Shown here in pieces: positions 49,724 through 61,153 of a stretch of 64,000 bases of DNA. Position 1 is the stretch's first letter; each line of letters begins with the position of its first letter. The notes under the pieces were generated by a model. That model was not told where the DNA came from and ran no database searches. It saw only the letters and a list, made by a program, of their open reading frames with translations. The stretch is from positions 107,136,001 through 107,200,000 of the forward strand of contig NC_042998.1 in NCBI RefSeq assembly GCF_006345805.1. Reading direction: 5' to 3'. Both the position numbers and the translations under genes were made by a program. The DNA is from Octopus sinensis. Taxonomy: Eukaryota.

Positions 49724-50559
49724 GGTGGGGGCATGCGCGCTTCGCATATGTATATATATAGGATTTTCTCTCTGGTTTAAGTTCTTATTCACAGAATTCA
49801 ATCCAGTCACTAACTAAATGACAGTCTTTGAGTCATGACAGAAATTTGAATAGTAAAAGTGAGTTATGATGTTGGGGATTTTGTGTGAATATACGTGCAC
49901 TCATGTAATCAGTGTATGTGTTTATGTCATAAGTTCACATGATTATACTCATTCTAAAAAAGTCAAATGGGGAGCCTTCGGGACATTTTGTAATCTTCAC
50001 TGTAACATAACTAATGCACTAAATATAGAGAATGAGAAACTGCTTGCTTTATAAATTCTTAGAAAACGCCTTATATTTACAGGTTTTCGTGTAAAACTGT
50101 TGCTACATAGAACGGTGCGCATATGATAATAGGTACAAATGAAAATTTATAGCCTGAATACAGAAGCTGTAAGTCCTGCAGTAGTTCATTGTAGATATTT
50201 TCTTTTTCTACATCTTTACACGAAATATTCACCTCAGCTTGACAGCTAACCTTTACAACGGTGCGTGACTTTTGCAGCCTGTATCATGGAACAGTATTAA
50301 GTCTGTTGTATTCGCACTTGACTGCATTCTTTATTTTTAAAGATGTATACACAATGTGGTTCTGGTGAGCTTTTTGTATGTCACTAGAACAATCCTTTTT
50401 TTGGACAGCATTGTAAATAGTTAGGTAACAATGTTATGTCCTATGAGAAACTAGAACTTTTTTGACGTTGTTGAGAAATTTCTGATGATGTGGATCTTAA
50501 CTTATACGCAGGTGTGATAGAGTCGAAATTTTTTTATCATGATGTGAATGATTTGGAGG

Positions 50560-51360
50560 CATCCTTGCTTCTCTTATTGGTCAGTATTTAGTGGCTAGTT
50601 CTTGTTACTGAATAATAAAGACGTATACTTCAACGTGAAATATGAGGCATCTCTCAAAGATCAAGAAAAGGCTACTCTTCCTTTAAATGCTGGTGTCTAC
50701 TAACATGCGAGATATACACCTCTCTAAAACGTTCTGCTGATATGTTTCTTGCCCAAGTTTCTGGTCCAGCTACAATTGGGTTATGTGTAACAGTTGTGCA
50801 CTCAGCTTCAAATGTATTACAGCACTGGAGGCTATTTGGACTGACCTTGTGTCTCTGTCTCTGTTCTTTATCTAACATAGGTCCTTGGGTTACTATTACT
50901 GTGGAAGTTACCTACTGTGGTTACTATCTGGATGTCCACGTTTCGGATTCTTCCAGTCTAGTATCCGAAATTCTGGTGCTAACGCTATTATAGCAAATGC
51001 GTTATGGAATAGGTTCTTATTGAAAGCATCCGCAATACTTGTAGCATTTTTCATAGAGGTCGGGGAACTAGAGAGGCCTTTAATGTCTATATTCCCTACC
51101 CGAACAATAATATTTCCGCGATTGCCTGTCAAATATGAACTTTTCCTGGCCAAACTCCGTTCCTATCTCCTGTGAGAATGTTTAAATGCTCTTGGTGTAG
51201 TAAATATTGCTAGAACACAGACTGAGGTTCATCAAGAAAAAGGTGTGTCGTTAAATTCCCTCTATTCTAGAGAGATCCTAACATATGGCTTTGACATTTC
51301 CTCAACAAGACTGCCAAGGTGGGCAGTATTATTGACAGGCTGTCATCGTGAAATATTCTT
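50560..51360 (-). mobile_element. R4/Dong-clade RT C-terminal fragment, heavily decayed (same subfamily as 9156-12420)
   Basis: FSQEIGTEFGQEK; YKYCG; KNLFHNAFAIIALAPEFRILDW; IRNVDIQIVTTVGNFHSNSNPRTYVR, collinear with the 11390-11800 motifs. Confidence 0.8.
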
Positions 51361-51574
51361 TATTGATAAACAAATTCTATTTTTATCCATAGGATTTTTA
51401 TCAAACTTGTATTAACGTTCAAACGCCACGTTTTATGTGTCTGTGTATGTATGTATTATGTATGTATGTATGTATGTACGTATGTATGTATGTATGTATG
51501 TATGTATGTATGTATGTATGTATGTATGTTTGTATGTATGTATGTATGTATAAATTTTGAGTGTTTGCATGTAT

Positions 51575-51850
51575 GTATGGGAAAACGCATGGTTAGAGTG
51601 TTGGTCCCATAATCAAAGTGTCGTGGATTTGACTCCTGGGCCGGGCCACACATAGAGTTTTTGAACAAGGCATTTCATTTCACATTGTTCCAGCTTGTTC
51701 AGCCGAAATTGAGTACCAGCCAAGTGGCGGTGCATCTCTCATCCTCCAGCTGTCTCATTCTCGATCTTCAGTTGAATGAAAAGTGGCAAATCCACGAGGG
51801 AGTTTTACATCTGCTCGTGACTTCATTAGCACCTAAAACAATGGGATGAA
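51575..51850 (+). mobile_element. tRNA-derived SINE (family D variant), degenerate
   Basis: TGGTTAGAGTGTTGG...GATTTGACTCCTGG...TTGAACAAGGCATTTCATTTCACATTGTTCCAG...AAATTGAGTACC. Confidence 0.65.
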
Positions 51851-53399
51851 AGCATAATACATGCTATCTTATCATACTCGCTTGCGAGTGGCGGCAATGA
51901 TTTTTTTCTGTATGTATGGTTCGCCAATGCAAGAAACCAAAAAAAATCTATGCTTTGTGAATGGGAACCCTTGAATTGTTTGTTCTACACCGTATTACAG
52001 AGACTCCCATATCCGTCTTGCCCTCTTAAATGTTGTAAACCAGTGACTTGTCAGTTGGATATCTGCAACTATCGACGTTGTTGTTCACCAGTTGTGACGC
52101 AAAATATAAATAAATGATAATAAATACAGCAAATACTTGATCTTAGATAATTACTTTGTCCTTGATGACATCGCTGTCTTCAACACAGATAATTATAAAG
52201 ACAGTCAGGAGTGTACACCGGTTTTGTTTGCTCCATCAACTTGTTAAACGACCCTAGACGAAATGCTCAATCCTTTTATTAAACATTTTGGTAATTGGCA
52301 AAAATTACATTCGTAGTTTGAATTAATATATCTATTGACTAAATGCTGACAGTATTTACTGCCTCAATGTACTGATTCATTAATGGACTAGATCACACTA
52401 AACGAACTAATCAATTTGTTGACGGACTCCCTTAAGCTAAGGTCAATCTGTTATTGATTAGCAGGTGAAAATCATTTACTTGCTTAATATTGAATAATGA
52501 TTCAATTTATTTTCATATTTTACTCCGTAACTGGTGAACGATAATACTGCAGGCTACAAACTAGCAATCAGCAGTTCACTGCATTTCTGCTGGCCAGACA
52601 TACATCGGTAAATGATACACACGGGCACGCACTGACACGGGCGCACGCACCGACACGCGCGCGCGAACACACATACACACATCCATTCACACACACACAC
52701 ACAAACAAACACATACGTATGCATATACATGCACACATACCTACACACACCAAATATATATTCACTTTAATAACTACGAGGCTCCCGGGTTTTGCGTCAC
52801 ACAGAAGCACCTTAGGCAAGTTTCTTCGATTATAACTTCTATGTGAGTGCTTATTAGCTTGATTTCGATGAAAGTACCGTATTCCATGTTGGGTTCAGGA
52901 AGACTTGTCGAAAACACATTTGTCAAAAGCTTGTTAATCGAAAGCAAATTGGTGAAAAGTCATATTTTTAGAAAGACACATATTGTAGAAACACACACTT
53001 GTAGAAAATCAATTTTGACAAGAAACAAATTGAACAAAAACATATTTATTAAAATTTTAACAGTTTTCAAAGAAATGGGTAAAAAATATATTTGAGAATA
53101 ATGAAATGATTTATTGATATTTAGATTGCTTGTTATAATATTTTAAACTCCGAAAATTTATGAATTATCATAAATCGGAATTCATAGATTATGCATAATC
53201 TGCAACATTTCACGTTGGATTAAGTTATTTGCAATAACTATGAAATATAATCGTCAAAATCTTTTGCAGTGTTAGCAAAGGTGTACAGTGCATACAATAC
53301 CGAATGGTGGGCGACAACAGAATACTTATGGTAGATATAATTGTTATAATGGGTGATTTTTTTCCCTGGGACAAAAGGAGACCTGTACTGAGACTATGG

Positions 53400-53510
53400 T
53401 ACAGGTAGGCTCGAAACGTAAAAGACTTTCTCACTTCTCGAGCGTTAAAGTAATATATGTTTGTTGTTTACATACTGGTCTTCGTCTTTTGTTTTTGGGT
53501 TGTTTTTTTT
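53400..53510 (+). mobile_element. PLE pseudo-LTR 3' fragment (partial hammerhead: GTAGGCTC-GAAACGTA-AAAG)
   Basis: Homologous to 56310-56410. Confidence 0.65.
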
Positions 53511-53640
53511 TTCTAAATTCTCACTATATATATAATTATAATTATAATTTTCTTTTGAAAAGTATAGAAAGCATGGAAGTAGTCTGCCTAATTTGAATCT
53601 CTTCTCTGTATCTCTTACACTTATATATATATATATATAT

Positions 53641-53729
53641 AAATAGCTATAACCCTTTGACTGCTATTTCTAAATTCGGTTAGTAGAAGAAATAGCTATA
53701 ACCCTTTGACTGCTATTTCTAAATTCGGT
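53641..53729. repeat. Perfect 40-nt direct duplication with a 9-nt spacer
   Basis: AAATAGCTATAACCCTTTGACTGCTATTTCTAAATTCGGT at 53641-53680 and 53690-53729. Confidence 0.95.
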
Positions 53730-53789
53730 ATGTGGTAAGGCAACTCGTTGCTAAACCCTTATTGCTTAGTATATATATATATATATATA

Positions 53790-53993
53790 TAGTAAATCCC
53801 CAAAAAAGAAGAACAAACACAAAAAAAACAACGCGAGGACGTGGTACATGTAAAGTATTAGAAGGCGCTCAGGGAAAGAAAGAAAGATGGTTTAACGTTT
53901 CGAATAACGCTCTTCTTCAGAAACAGAGGAAAGTCCAATAGAAAGGAAGACGGAGGAGGAAAATCGCCAACAATTCGCATGTGGTACATTTTG

Positions 53994-54000
<7 letters not shown>
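53790..54000 (-). mobile_element. PLE pseudo-LTR fragment
   Basis: The reverse strand reads ...GTTTCTGAAGAAGAGCGTTATTCGAAACGTTAAACC...CCCTGAGCGCCTTCTAATACTTTACATGTACCACGTCCTCGCGTTG, homologous to 14860-15080. Confidence 0.75.
53890..53924 (-). ncRNA. Minimal type I hammerhead ribozyme motif with intact core
   Basis: GTTT-CTGAAGA-A-GAG(CGTTA)TTC-GAAACGTT-AAAC: both boxes intact, stem II G:C/A:U/G:U, palindromic ACGT in place of stem III, 4-bp stem I. Confidence 0.65.
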
Positions 54001-54044
<44 letters not shown>

Positions 54045-54513
54045 CGGAGAGAGAGAGAGAGAGAGAGACAGAGAGAGACACAGACAGAACAATAGTAAAC
54101 ACAGCAAAGATAATTGGTATTTTACAAAACTTGCACGCTTTTCAGTAAACCCACTGTCATTATTACGCAAGGCATTTAACCAGATTGCACAATACAGACG
54201 GTTAATTTCATCGATATCCTCAGGGGGAAGTACAGAGCTTAGTGGAATGTGTGCTTTAATATATTCCAGCTATGCAAATTACGTTCAGAATCAATTATGT
54301 TCAATCGCTATCTATTTATTTTTATTACTACAACGTGATTCGAAATTTGCACACTAGCCTATCTGGATAAGTGGTAGCCTTTGTCTAAGCACACTAGTTA
54401 TAGGAGTGGTGTGGAACTTTCAACAACAACCAAACCTTTGCTTACGTGTCGCGCCTTTCAGTACACTTCTACAATAAATGTGTATCTGTGTGTGGATGGG
54501 TATGTGTACATAA

Positions 54514-54552
<39 letters not shown>

Positions 54553-54924
54553 GTGTGTATATATATTCATGTACACCAGTTTATATACATATACAGAGCT
54601 AAAGATGAATACAATTTATGTAAGCGGTGGAAACAGTGAGATACAACCAACGTGTCCTTTAAACATAGGTGATTTGACAAAACGTGTATGCGTGTAAGTA
54701 AATATTTGAACACTAATTGCTTAGAAATACGAAATGTTTTGCCAACGGTAAATAACAGAAACTTTTGATAAAAATAAGGGAAAAAAATACCCTGAAGCTT
54801 GTTTGCGGTTGTTGTTGCTGTCGTTGTTATCGTTGCTGTTATTGTAATCGTTATCGTTGCTGTTACTGTCATCGTTGATGTCGTTGCAACTATTATTATT
54901 ATATTATTATTATTATTATTATTA

Positions 54925-54979
<55 letters not shown>

Positions 54980-55016
54980 GTACACACATGTACATATACA
55001 TAACGTGTATACATAC

Positions 55017-55178
55017 CCCGGAAGACCTCCACGACGGTGGAGTAACGATTTCAAGAGGACGATTGGGATCGCGTGGGTCAGAAAGGCGCGATCCAGAGAG
55101 GAGTGGACAGCGTACTGTGACCAGCGGTGTCAAATGGACGCCTGATGGACTGGTCGGTCAAAGTGATCAAAGTGATAT
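55017..55178 (+). mobile_element. RTE-clade LINE extreme 3' end with a short tandem tail
   Basis: Frame gives PGRPPRRWSNDFKRTIGIAWVRKARSREEWTAYCDQRCQMDA*, followed by (TCAAAGTGA)2. GRP..RW.D...W...A..R..W is the RTE C-terminal motif. Confidence 0.82.
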
Positions 55179-55179
55179 A

Positions 55180-55441
55180 TATATATATATATATCGGACA
55201 AACGGGACGCCGCTTGGCTGACCGGTTCGCGGAACACCTTCGTGACATCCACCTTGCGAACGACACACCGGTCTCACGCCATTTCCGCTCCACCGGTCAC
55301 TCCTTGCAACACCTATCTGTGTTCGGTTTGTCCTTACACAGAGGCCATCCGGATTCCCGTTTGCGCCGTGAACAGGAATTAATCTTCTCTCTTCGCTCTT
55401 ATACGCCATTTGGTCTCAACTCTCCCCCCCTCCTCATCTAA
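55180..55441 (+). mobile_element. Penelope-like element GIY-YIG endonuclease C-terminus (5'-truncated, open frame)
   Basis: YIGQTGRRLADRFAEHLRDIHLANDTPVSRHFRSTGHSLQHLSVFGLSLHRGHPDSRLRREQELIFSLRSYTPFGLN carries the YIGQT.R.L..R..EH / V..HF...GH / R..RE..I..L....P.GLN PLE signature. Confidence 0.93.
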
Positions 55442-55740
55442 CCCCCTCTCCCCCCCTCCTCACCTATCCTTTCTCCCCCCGACCCCTACTTCTTCAGTCC
55501 TTCATCCTTTCACCCCTACTCCCCTTCCCTTCTTCCCTCTTTCTCCCTCCCTCTTCCCCTTCCCTCTGCTCCCTCACTCCCTCTCTCCCCTTCTCTCTCT
55601 CCCCCTCTCCCTCTTTCCTCCTTCATCCCCCTCCTCACCTTCCTTCTCCCCCATCGTCTCCTCTTCCCCCTTCTCCTCCCCCTCTTCTTCCCCTCCCCTT
55701 CTCTCCCCCTCTTCTCCCCTCCCCCTCTTCTCCTCACTAC
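55442..55740. repeat. Polypyrimidine (CT-rich) low-complexity tract
   Basis: About 300 nt almost exclusively C and T; source of the poly-P/S and R/G/E ORFs. Confidence 0.95.
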
Positions 55741-55784
55741 ACCACATGACTTTACACATCACATCACATATGATGTGCCATACT

Positions 55785-56024
55785 AATACACACACCAACT
55801 AATACATACTAATACGTACTAATACATACTAGTACATACTAATACTTACACCAACCCTATACATACACACGTCCAGACCCCGCATACGCACTTATACTCT
55901 CTCACACACACACACACACACCTATACATACCAATACGTACTAATACATACTAATACATACTAATACATACACCAACCCCATACATACGCACGTCCAGAC
56001 CAATCTTACGCACTAATACTCTCT

Positions 56025-56061
<37 letters not shown>

Positions 56062-56130
56062 GTATACATACTAATACATACACCAACCCTATACATACAC
56101 ACATCCAGACCCTCCCACGCACTTTTAGCT
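55785..56130 (+). repeat. Minisatellite, ~2.6 copies of a ~120-nt unit with an internal CTAATACATA subrepeat
   Basis: Recurrent ...ACACCAACCC.ATACATAC.CAC.TCCAGACC... at ~55848, ~55970 and ~56080. Confidence 0.85.
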
Positions 56131-56430
56131 GGTCACTCACCCTTTTATCAACCCTATTATCTCCCCTTATTTCGCTCTCGCGTCTCATGTTTGATCTTTG
56201 ACCTCTGGCCGAAATCAGATCGCCATGTTGATTCGTTAGCTACTGCACGCATTTTTTTTCTCTCCTTCTTTCTGTGTTTTTCTCTCTCTGTGTATCTTTC
56301 TGTTGAAGAGCGTAGGCTCGAAACGTTAAAGACTTGTTTTATTTATATTTCCTGAGCGCCATACTAATACAATTGTTCGTTTGTCTTCCACCTGCCTTCG
56401 TCTTTTGTTTATTTTCATAAAGCTTCCCGT
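56130..56430 (+). mobile_element. PLE pseudo-LTR with a hammerhead-like motif (56295-56332)
   Basis: TCTTT-CTGTTGA-A-GAGC(GTAG)GCTC-GAAACGTT-AAAGA; lies downstream of the GIY-YIG ORF on the same strand. Confidence 0.75.
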
Positions 56431-56585
<155 letters not shown>

Positions 56586-57211
56586 CATATATTTGTGGGT
56601 GGATGTGTGTCGGTGCGTACGTGTATATATCTTTTGGTTGTGTGTATTTGTATGATGCGAGATACAACGAGGATCTGTTGATAGCTATAACTTCGTGCTG
56701 GAAATCAATAATGTCAACCAATATTGTGTACATGGTCATTGATATAAAAAAAAAACTCAGTTGAATTTCAGTGTTGATCCCATGGCTTGAATACGAATTT
56801 CAGGAAATCTGCTTTGTGATGAGTTCTACTAAAGCTAATAATTTTATTTAGATATTTAGATATTAGTGGAACATATTTTAGAGTGCACTTATCGTTTGCA
56901 TGTTATTTGTACGTGAAAGCCAACTGAGTACATAGTTAAGTTCTGGTAAATGTTTTAGCTGTTCCAAAGCACTCAGAATCAGGGAAATTTTAGGACGTAT
57001 ATTGAATGATTGGATAGGACGCTGCACGCGTTTCATTTCTAATGTCTTTTTTTCATATTCTGTCTGAAACGAAAGTAAAATTGTCGTCTTTACGCTACTG
57101 GAGACATTTCTCAAAATAAGAAATGAGGACTGGGAAATGCATTAACAAACTGCCGTTGCTAGTAATGGAACGCAAGCAAAATTCAGAATTCACAATCTTG
57201 AGACAGTGCTT

Positions 57212-57289
<78 letters not shown>

Positions 57290-57292
<3 letters not shown>

Positions 57293-57450
57293 ATTTTGAA
57301 GGAGGCGCAAGTCGTTTATATCGACTCCAGTGCAGTATTTATTTTATCAACCACAAAAGAATGACAGAATTTGAACTTAGAACGTAAAATGCTAGAAGAA
57401 ATGTCACCTATGCATTTTGTCCTTCACAGTAATGATTTTGCCAGCTTGGG
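57290..57450 (-). mobile_element. SINE family A, degenerate
   Basis: TTTATATCGACTCCAGTG...TTTTATCAACC...GAATTTGAACTTAGAACGTAAAATGC...GATTTTGCCAGCT. Confidence 0.75.
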
Positions 57451-57454
57451 TCCT

Positions 57455-58200
57455 TTTAAGTCTCAAGAACAAGCTCTCAGAACAAACTACTCCAAATATC
57501 ACATTAATAAAAATACTGACCCACCACAGTGTAGGATGTACTCTGAGAAGGAAGAATGTATCATCCATATTGTTAGTGAGTTCTGTAAGCTCGCACAACG
57601 CGAATACAAAATGAGACACGACAATGTAGCCAGATATGTCCACTGGCTGTTGTATAGTAAAGCAAACCTCGAGAGAGCCGAACAACGGTATGAACACAAG
57701 ACAAGGGGAGTAATGGAAAACGAACATTACAAAATACTGTGGGGTTTTAACATGCAGTGCGACCAAGTCATAAAGGCGAGACGACCAGATATCGTGCTCA
57801 TCCATGAAGATGAAAAAGAAGTAAAGATAATAGATGTTACAATACCAGGTGATTCGAAGGCGAAATATAAGGAAACAGAAAAGATTGAGAAATACCACCC
57901 ACTGCGGGACAAGATGGGAAAGTTATGGAGCATGAGGAAAGTAATGATGATACCGGTGGTAATAGGAGCATTAGGAGCAGTTTCCAATGGCTTTGAAAAA
58001 CATATTAAGAATATTGGAGTTGCTGTCAGGTTCGAGGTAATCCAGAAGACAGCATTGTTGGGTACAGCTCGCATTCTAATGATAGTATTGTTTCTTTGAG
58101 TCACAAGAGAAGGCACTACTTGAAACCTTTGGTGATTTCTTATTGCCTGCTTTGTAGTAAAGAATAACTGGTAATTAAGAACAATCCGAGAGTCTTGAGG
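57455..58200 (+). mobile_element. 5'-truncated R4/Dong-clade element: zinc knuckle + RLE endonuclease in an open frame, with an (AAG)n tail
   Basis: QEQALRTNY...CRMYSEKEECIIHIVSE..KLAQREYKMRHDNVARYVHW...KILWGFNMQCDQVIKARRPDIVLI...VKIIDVTIPGD...EKIEKY..L...IPVVIGALGAV...IQKTALLGTARIL. About 210 stop-free codons ending at 58099. Confidence 0.95.
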
Positions 58201-58310
58201 AAGAAGAAGAAGAAGAAGAAGAAGAAGAAGAAGAAGAAGAAGAAGAAGAAGAAGAAGAAGAAGAAGAAGAAGAAGAAGAAGAAGAAGAAGAAGAAGAAGA
58301 AGAAGAAGAA
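58201..58310. repeat. Perfect (AAG)n, ~36 units
   Basis: Seen directly. Confidence 0.99.
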
Positions 58311-59110
58311 TGTGGAACAAAATCTCGTGCTTGGTTAAAAAAAGGGCAATTAAAAAAGAAACAGAGAGCCTAATTGTAGCAGCCCAAGATCAAACGATAA
58401 AAATAAACTTGAGAAAAATATATATGGAGAGAGTGTGTTAGAAAAATGTAGAGTCTGTGAAACTTGGAACGAGACAGTGGCACCTTGTGACAGAATGCCC
58501 CAAGTTGGCACTAGAAGAATATAAGAAATGGAGACACGACCAGGTTGTATAAAAGTTATACACTGGATTTGAAGCTGAAAACACGTGGTACAATCATCGA
58601 GTCGAAAGAGTACTGGAGTCGGAGAAATGTAAGCTTTGTGGAACTTTCCCATTCAAATGGACAAGAAATTAGAAAATAATAGACCAGACATAATGATTAT
58701 AGATAGGGAAAAGGCGAGGTTGCTTACTTATCCACCCATCATGCCCGTTTGATTCAGGATCGTAAAGAGAGAGGGAAAAAAACGAAAAAATTCAAACCTC
58801 TAAAATTTGAAATAGGAAAAATTTGGAGTATGCGAACAGTAAATATCGTGCCTGTAATTATTGGCACGAGAGTAACAGTAAACCAAGATATAGACAAATG
58901 GCTGAAGGAAATTGAAAGAGAACCCCAGTAGAGCTCCTACAGAAAGTTTGTCTCTTAGGGACAGCAAGGATTATCGGGAGGGTTCTAAGCACATGAAAGA
59001 CTGCTGAAAACTTGTGGATACAAGAAGTAACCCGCTATCCGCATAATTCCTACCAGGAATAAGACCGAACCTGAGCCAAACCAAACCAAAATAATAATAA
59101 CAATAATAAT
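58311..59110 (+). mobile_element. Second 5'-truncated R4/Dong-clade fragment (frameshifted) with an (AAT)n tail
   Basis: KSRAWLKKGQL.KETESLIVAAQDQTIK...CPKLALEEYKKWRHDQV...LWNFPIQMDKKLENNRPDIMII...KPLKFEIGKIWSMRTVNIVPVIIG...LLQKVCLLGTARII. Confidence 0.92.
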
Positions 59111-59114
59111 AGCT

Positions 59115-59285
59115 TCTATTTTGAAACAAGGTCAGAATTTTGAAAGAAGGGACATTAACGTTTCCTTCGAAACCCCTCAATCCCCCCACCAGGAGGGATG
59201 AAAGGCAAAGCTGATATCGACAGGATTTGAACGTAGAACGTAAGAAGCTGTAGCAATTGCTGCAACGTCAATCGATTCTGCCAAC
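59115..59285 (-). mobile_element. SINE family A, degenerate
   Basis: GGATGAAAGGCAAAGCTGATATCGACAGGATTTGAACGTAGAACGTAAG...CGATTCTGCCA. Confidence 0.72.
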
Positions 59286-59293
59286 ACACCACA

Positions 59294-59331
<38 letters not shown>

Positions 59332-59397
59332 CACACACGTATGTATACATGCACACACACACACACCACACACACACACAACCACACACACACACAC

Positions 59398-59480
<83 letters not shown>

Positions 59481-59501
59481 GATATATATATTATATATAT
59501 A

Positions 59502-59556
<55 letters not shown>

Positions 59557-60666
59557 CAGTATGTTAGGTAAATGACGGCGAGAGCAAATATGCTAAGATT
59601 AATCGCCGAAGTTGGATATAAGCAAATATCGTAGAAAAACAACGTACAGTTGTAATTACTTGACATGTAAGTAATAGAGAAGAGGAGCAGGAGCAGGAGG
59701 AGAATTACTCCGATGTATAAATGAATCTTGTAGAAAGGATTATTTCTTATAGGTAGCTAACGTTCGGATTATCTGCTGAAAACTTTAGCATGTCCTCTCT
59801 ACCAAGAACTGAAATCTATATCCTCGTTTTCCCAACAAACATTCAAGGAAAGCCCAAGGCTGTTTTAAGTTTTGTTCGTTCTAAATAGTTGAACGAATAA
59901 GCCTTTACGAAGTATAACACTCATATCACTTGTATATCACACTGTCACAATGTTACCTAAGTTGAGTCTCCCTTCTTTTATACTTTCGTTCACTAAAAGC
60001 AACGCATTCACCTCATTGATAGTGACAATTCATGTAGATACATTGTGCGACAATAGTCATAACGAGACTCTAAAATCTGCATTCAGACTTCGTCAGACTC
60101 CATTGTCCTTTGTATTGCTACATTTGCTTGACGTTTAGTTAAACACCATAAATTACAAAGCTTTATATTTCAGAATTGCCCAAAATTCCTGACAACGAAT
60201 TTTCTCTCCGATTTCGTTTTGTCAGTTCTTGTTTTTGTTCTTGTTACTAACGAATATACTCACAGATAACATTAGATAGTTCTTGAATATTCTTAAATAT
60301 TAGGCATCGGTTATTGATCAAATGTTATTTTGCATTTGGTTAAATTACAAGGCATAGGTAGTTTCCTTAATGAGATAAAAAGAAGTCACTTGTAGCTATC
60401 AAGTTATAATGTATGACTGATCAATAAAGAACAAAAATCAAATAGTATTTTCTTTTAATAGTATTTTCTTTTCCGATTTTATATTTCCCATTTTATATTT
60501 CTCTTCATTCTTCAGAATGTGTCCGAAGGTTGAGTAACAAAAGCATAATAACTTTTGACATTCGAATAAAGTACGGCTTCTAAGGGACGGTCTTTGAATA
60601 GAATAATATAAATATGTACTCCAATGTACATACACAGGTACATATATATATATAGACATATATATA

Positions 60667-60731
<65 letters not shown>

Positions 60732-60902
60732 GTATATAATGTAGATAGTTTGGGTAAATACCAGTTGCTTCCTCTTGAAACACATCTGCTTATTCCATTA
60801 TTACAATCCAATATGTAGTCTGTAGTCTCAGTTGCTACTATGTTTTAATGCAAAATACGTATTAAAGTTGAAAATTATGGAAATATTATTTGCAGAGTTA
60901 TT

Positions 60903-61153
60903 GTATAACAGAACAGGAAGTTGGAAAAATGTCTTGGCATTATTTATTCACCATTTCACATGTTTCATTTGCCAATAGAAATTACAAAGTTTCACATGTA
61001 TTATTTAATCTCTCTGTCTGAAGAATTTCTAACAGGAAATTCCTTACATGTCTATCTAACATGTAAATTTCTGTAATCCCTATCAGCAAATAAAACATGT
61101 GTAATGGTGAATAAATAATACCAAATATTTTCCAACTACCTGTTTTGTTATAC
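60903..61153. mobile_element. MITE (~250 nt) with ~63-nt terminal inverted repeats, superfamily unassigned
   Basis: GTATAACAGAACAGGAAGTTGGAAAAATGTCTTGGCATTATTTATTCACCATTTCACATGTTT (60903-60965) versus the reverse complement of 61093-61153, GTATAACAAAACAGGTAGTTGGAAAATATTTGGTATTATTTATTCACCATTACACATGTTT. Confidence 0.85.

Noticed and set aside
50344-50365. Possible 22-nt microexon (TTTTTAAAG|ATGTATACACAATGTGGTTCTG|GTGAGC)
   Set aside because: The splice signals are plausible, but nothing else supports it; it cannot be distinguished from chance without RNA data.
57371-58099. 242-aa ORF as a host gene
   Set aside because: The N-terminus is antisense SINE sequence and the rest is a 5'-truncated retrotransposon endonuclease region.
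59295-59552. CRISPR-like or regularly spaced repeat arrays anywhere in the window
   Set aside because: No constant repeat with unique spacers was found; all periodic sequence is microsatellite or minisatellite in a eukaryotic context.
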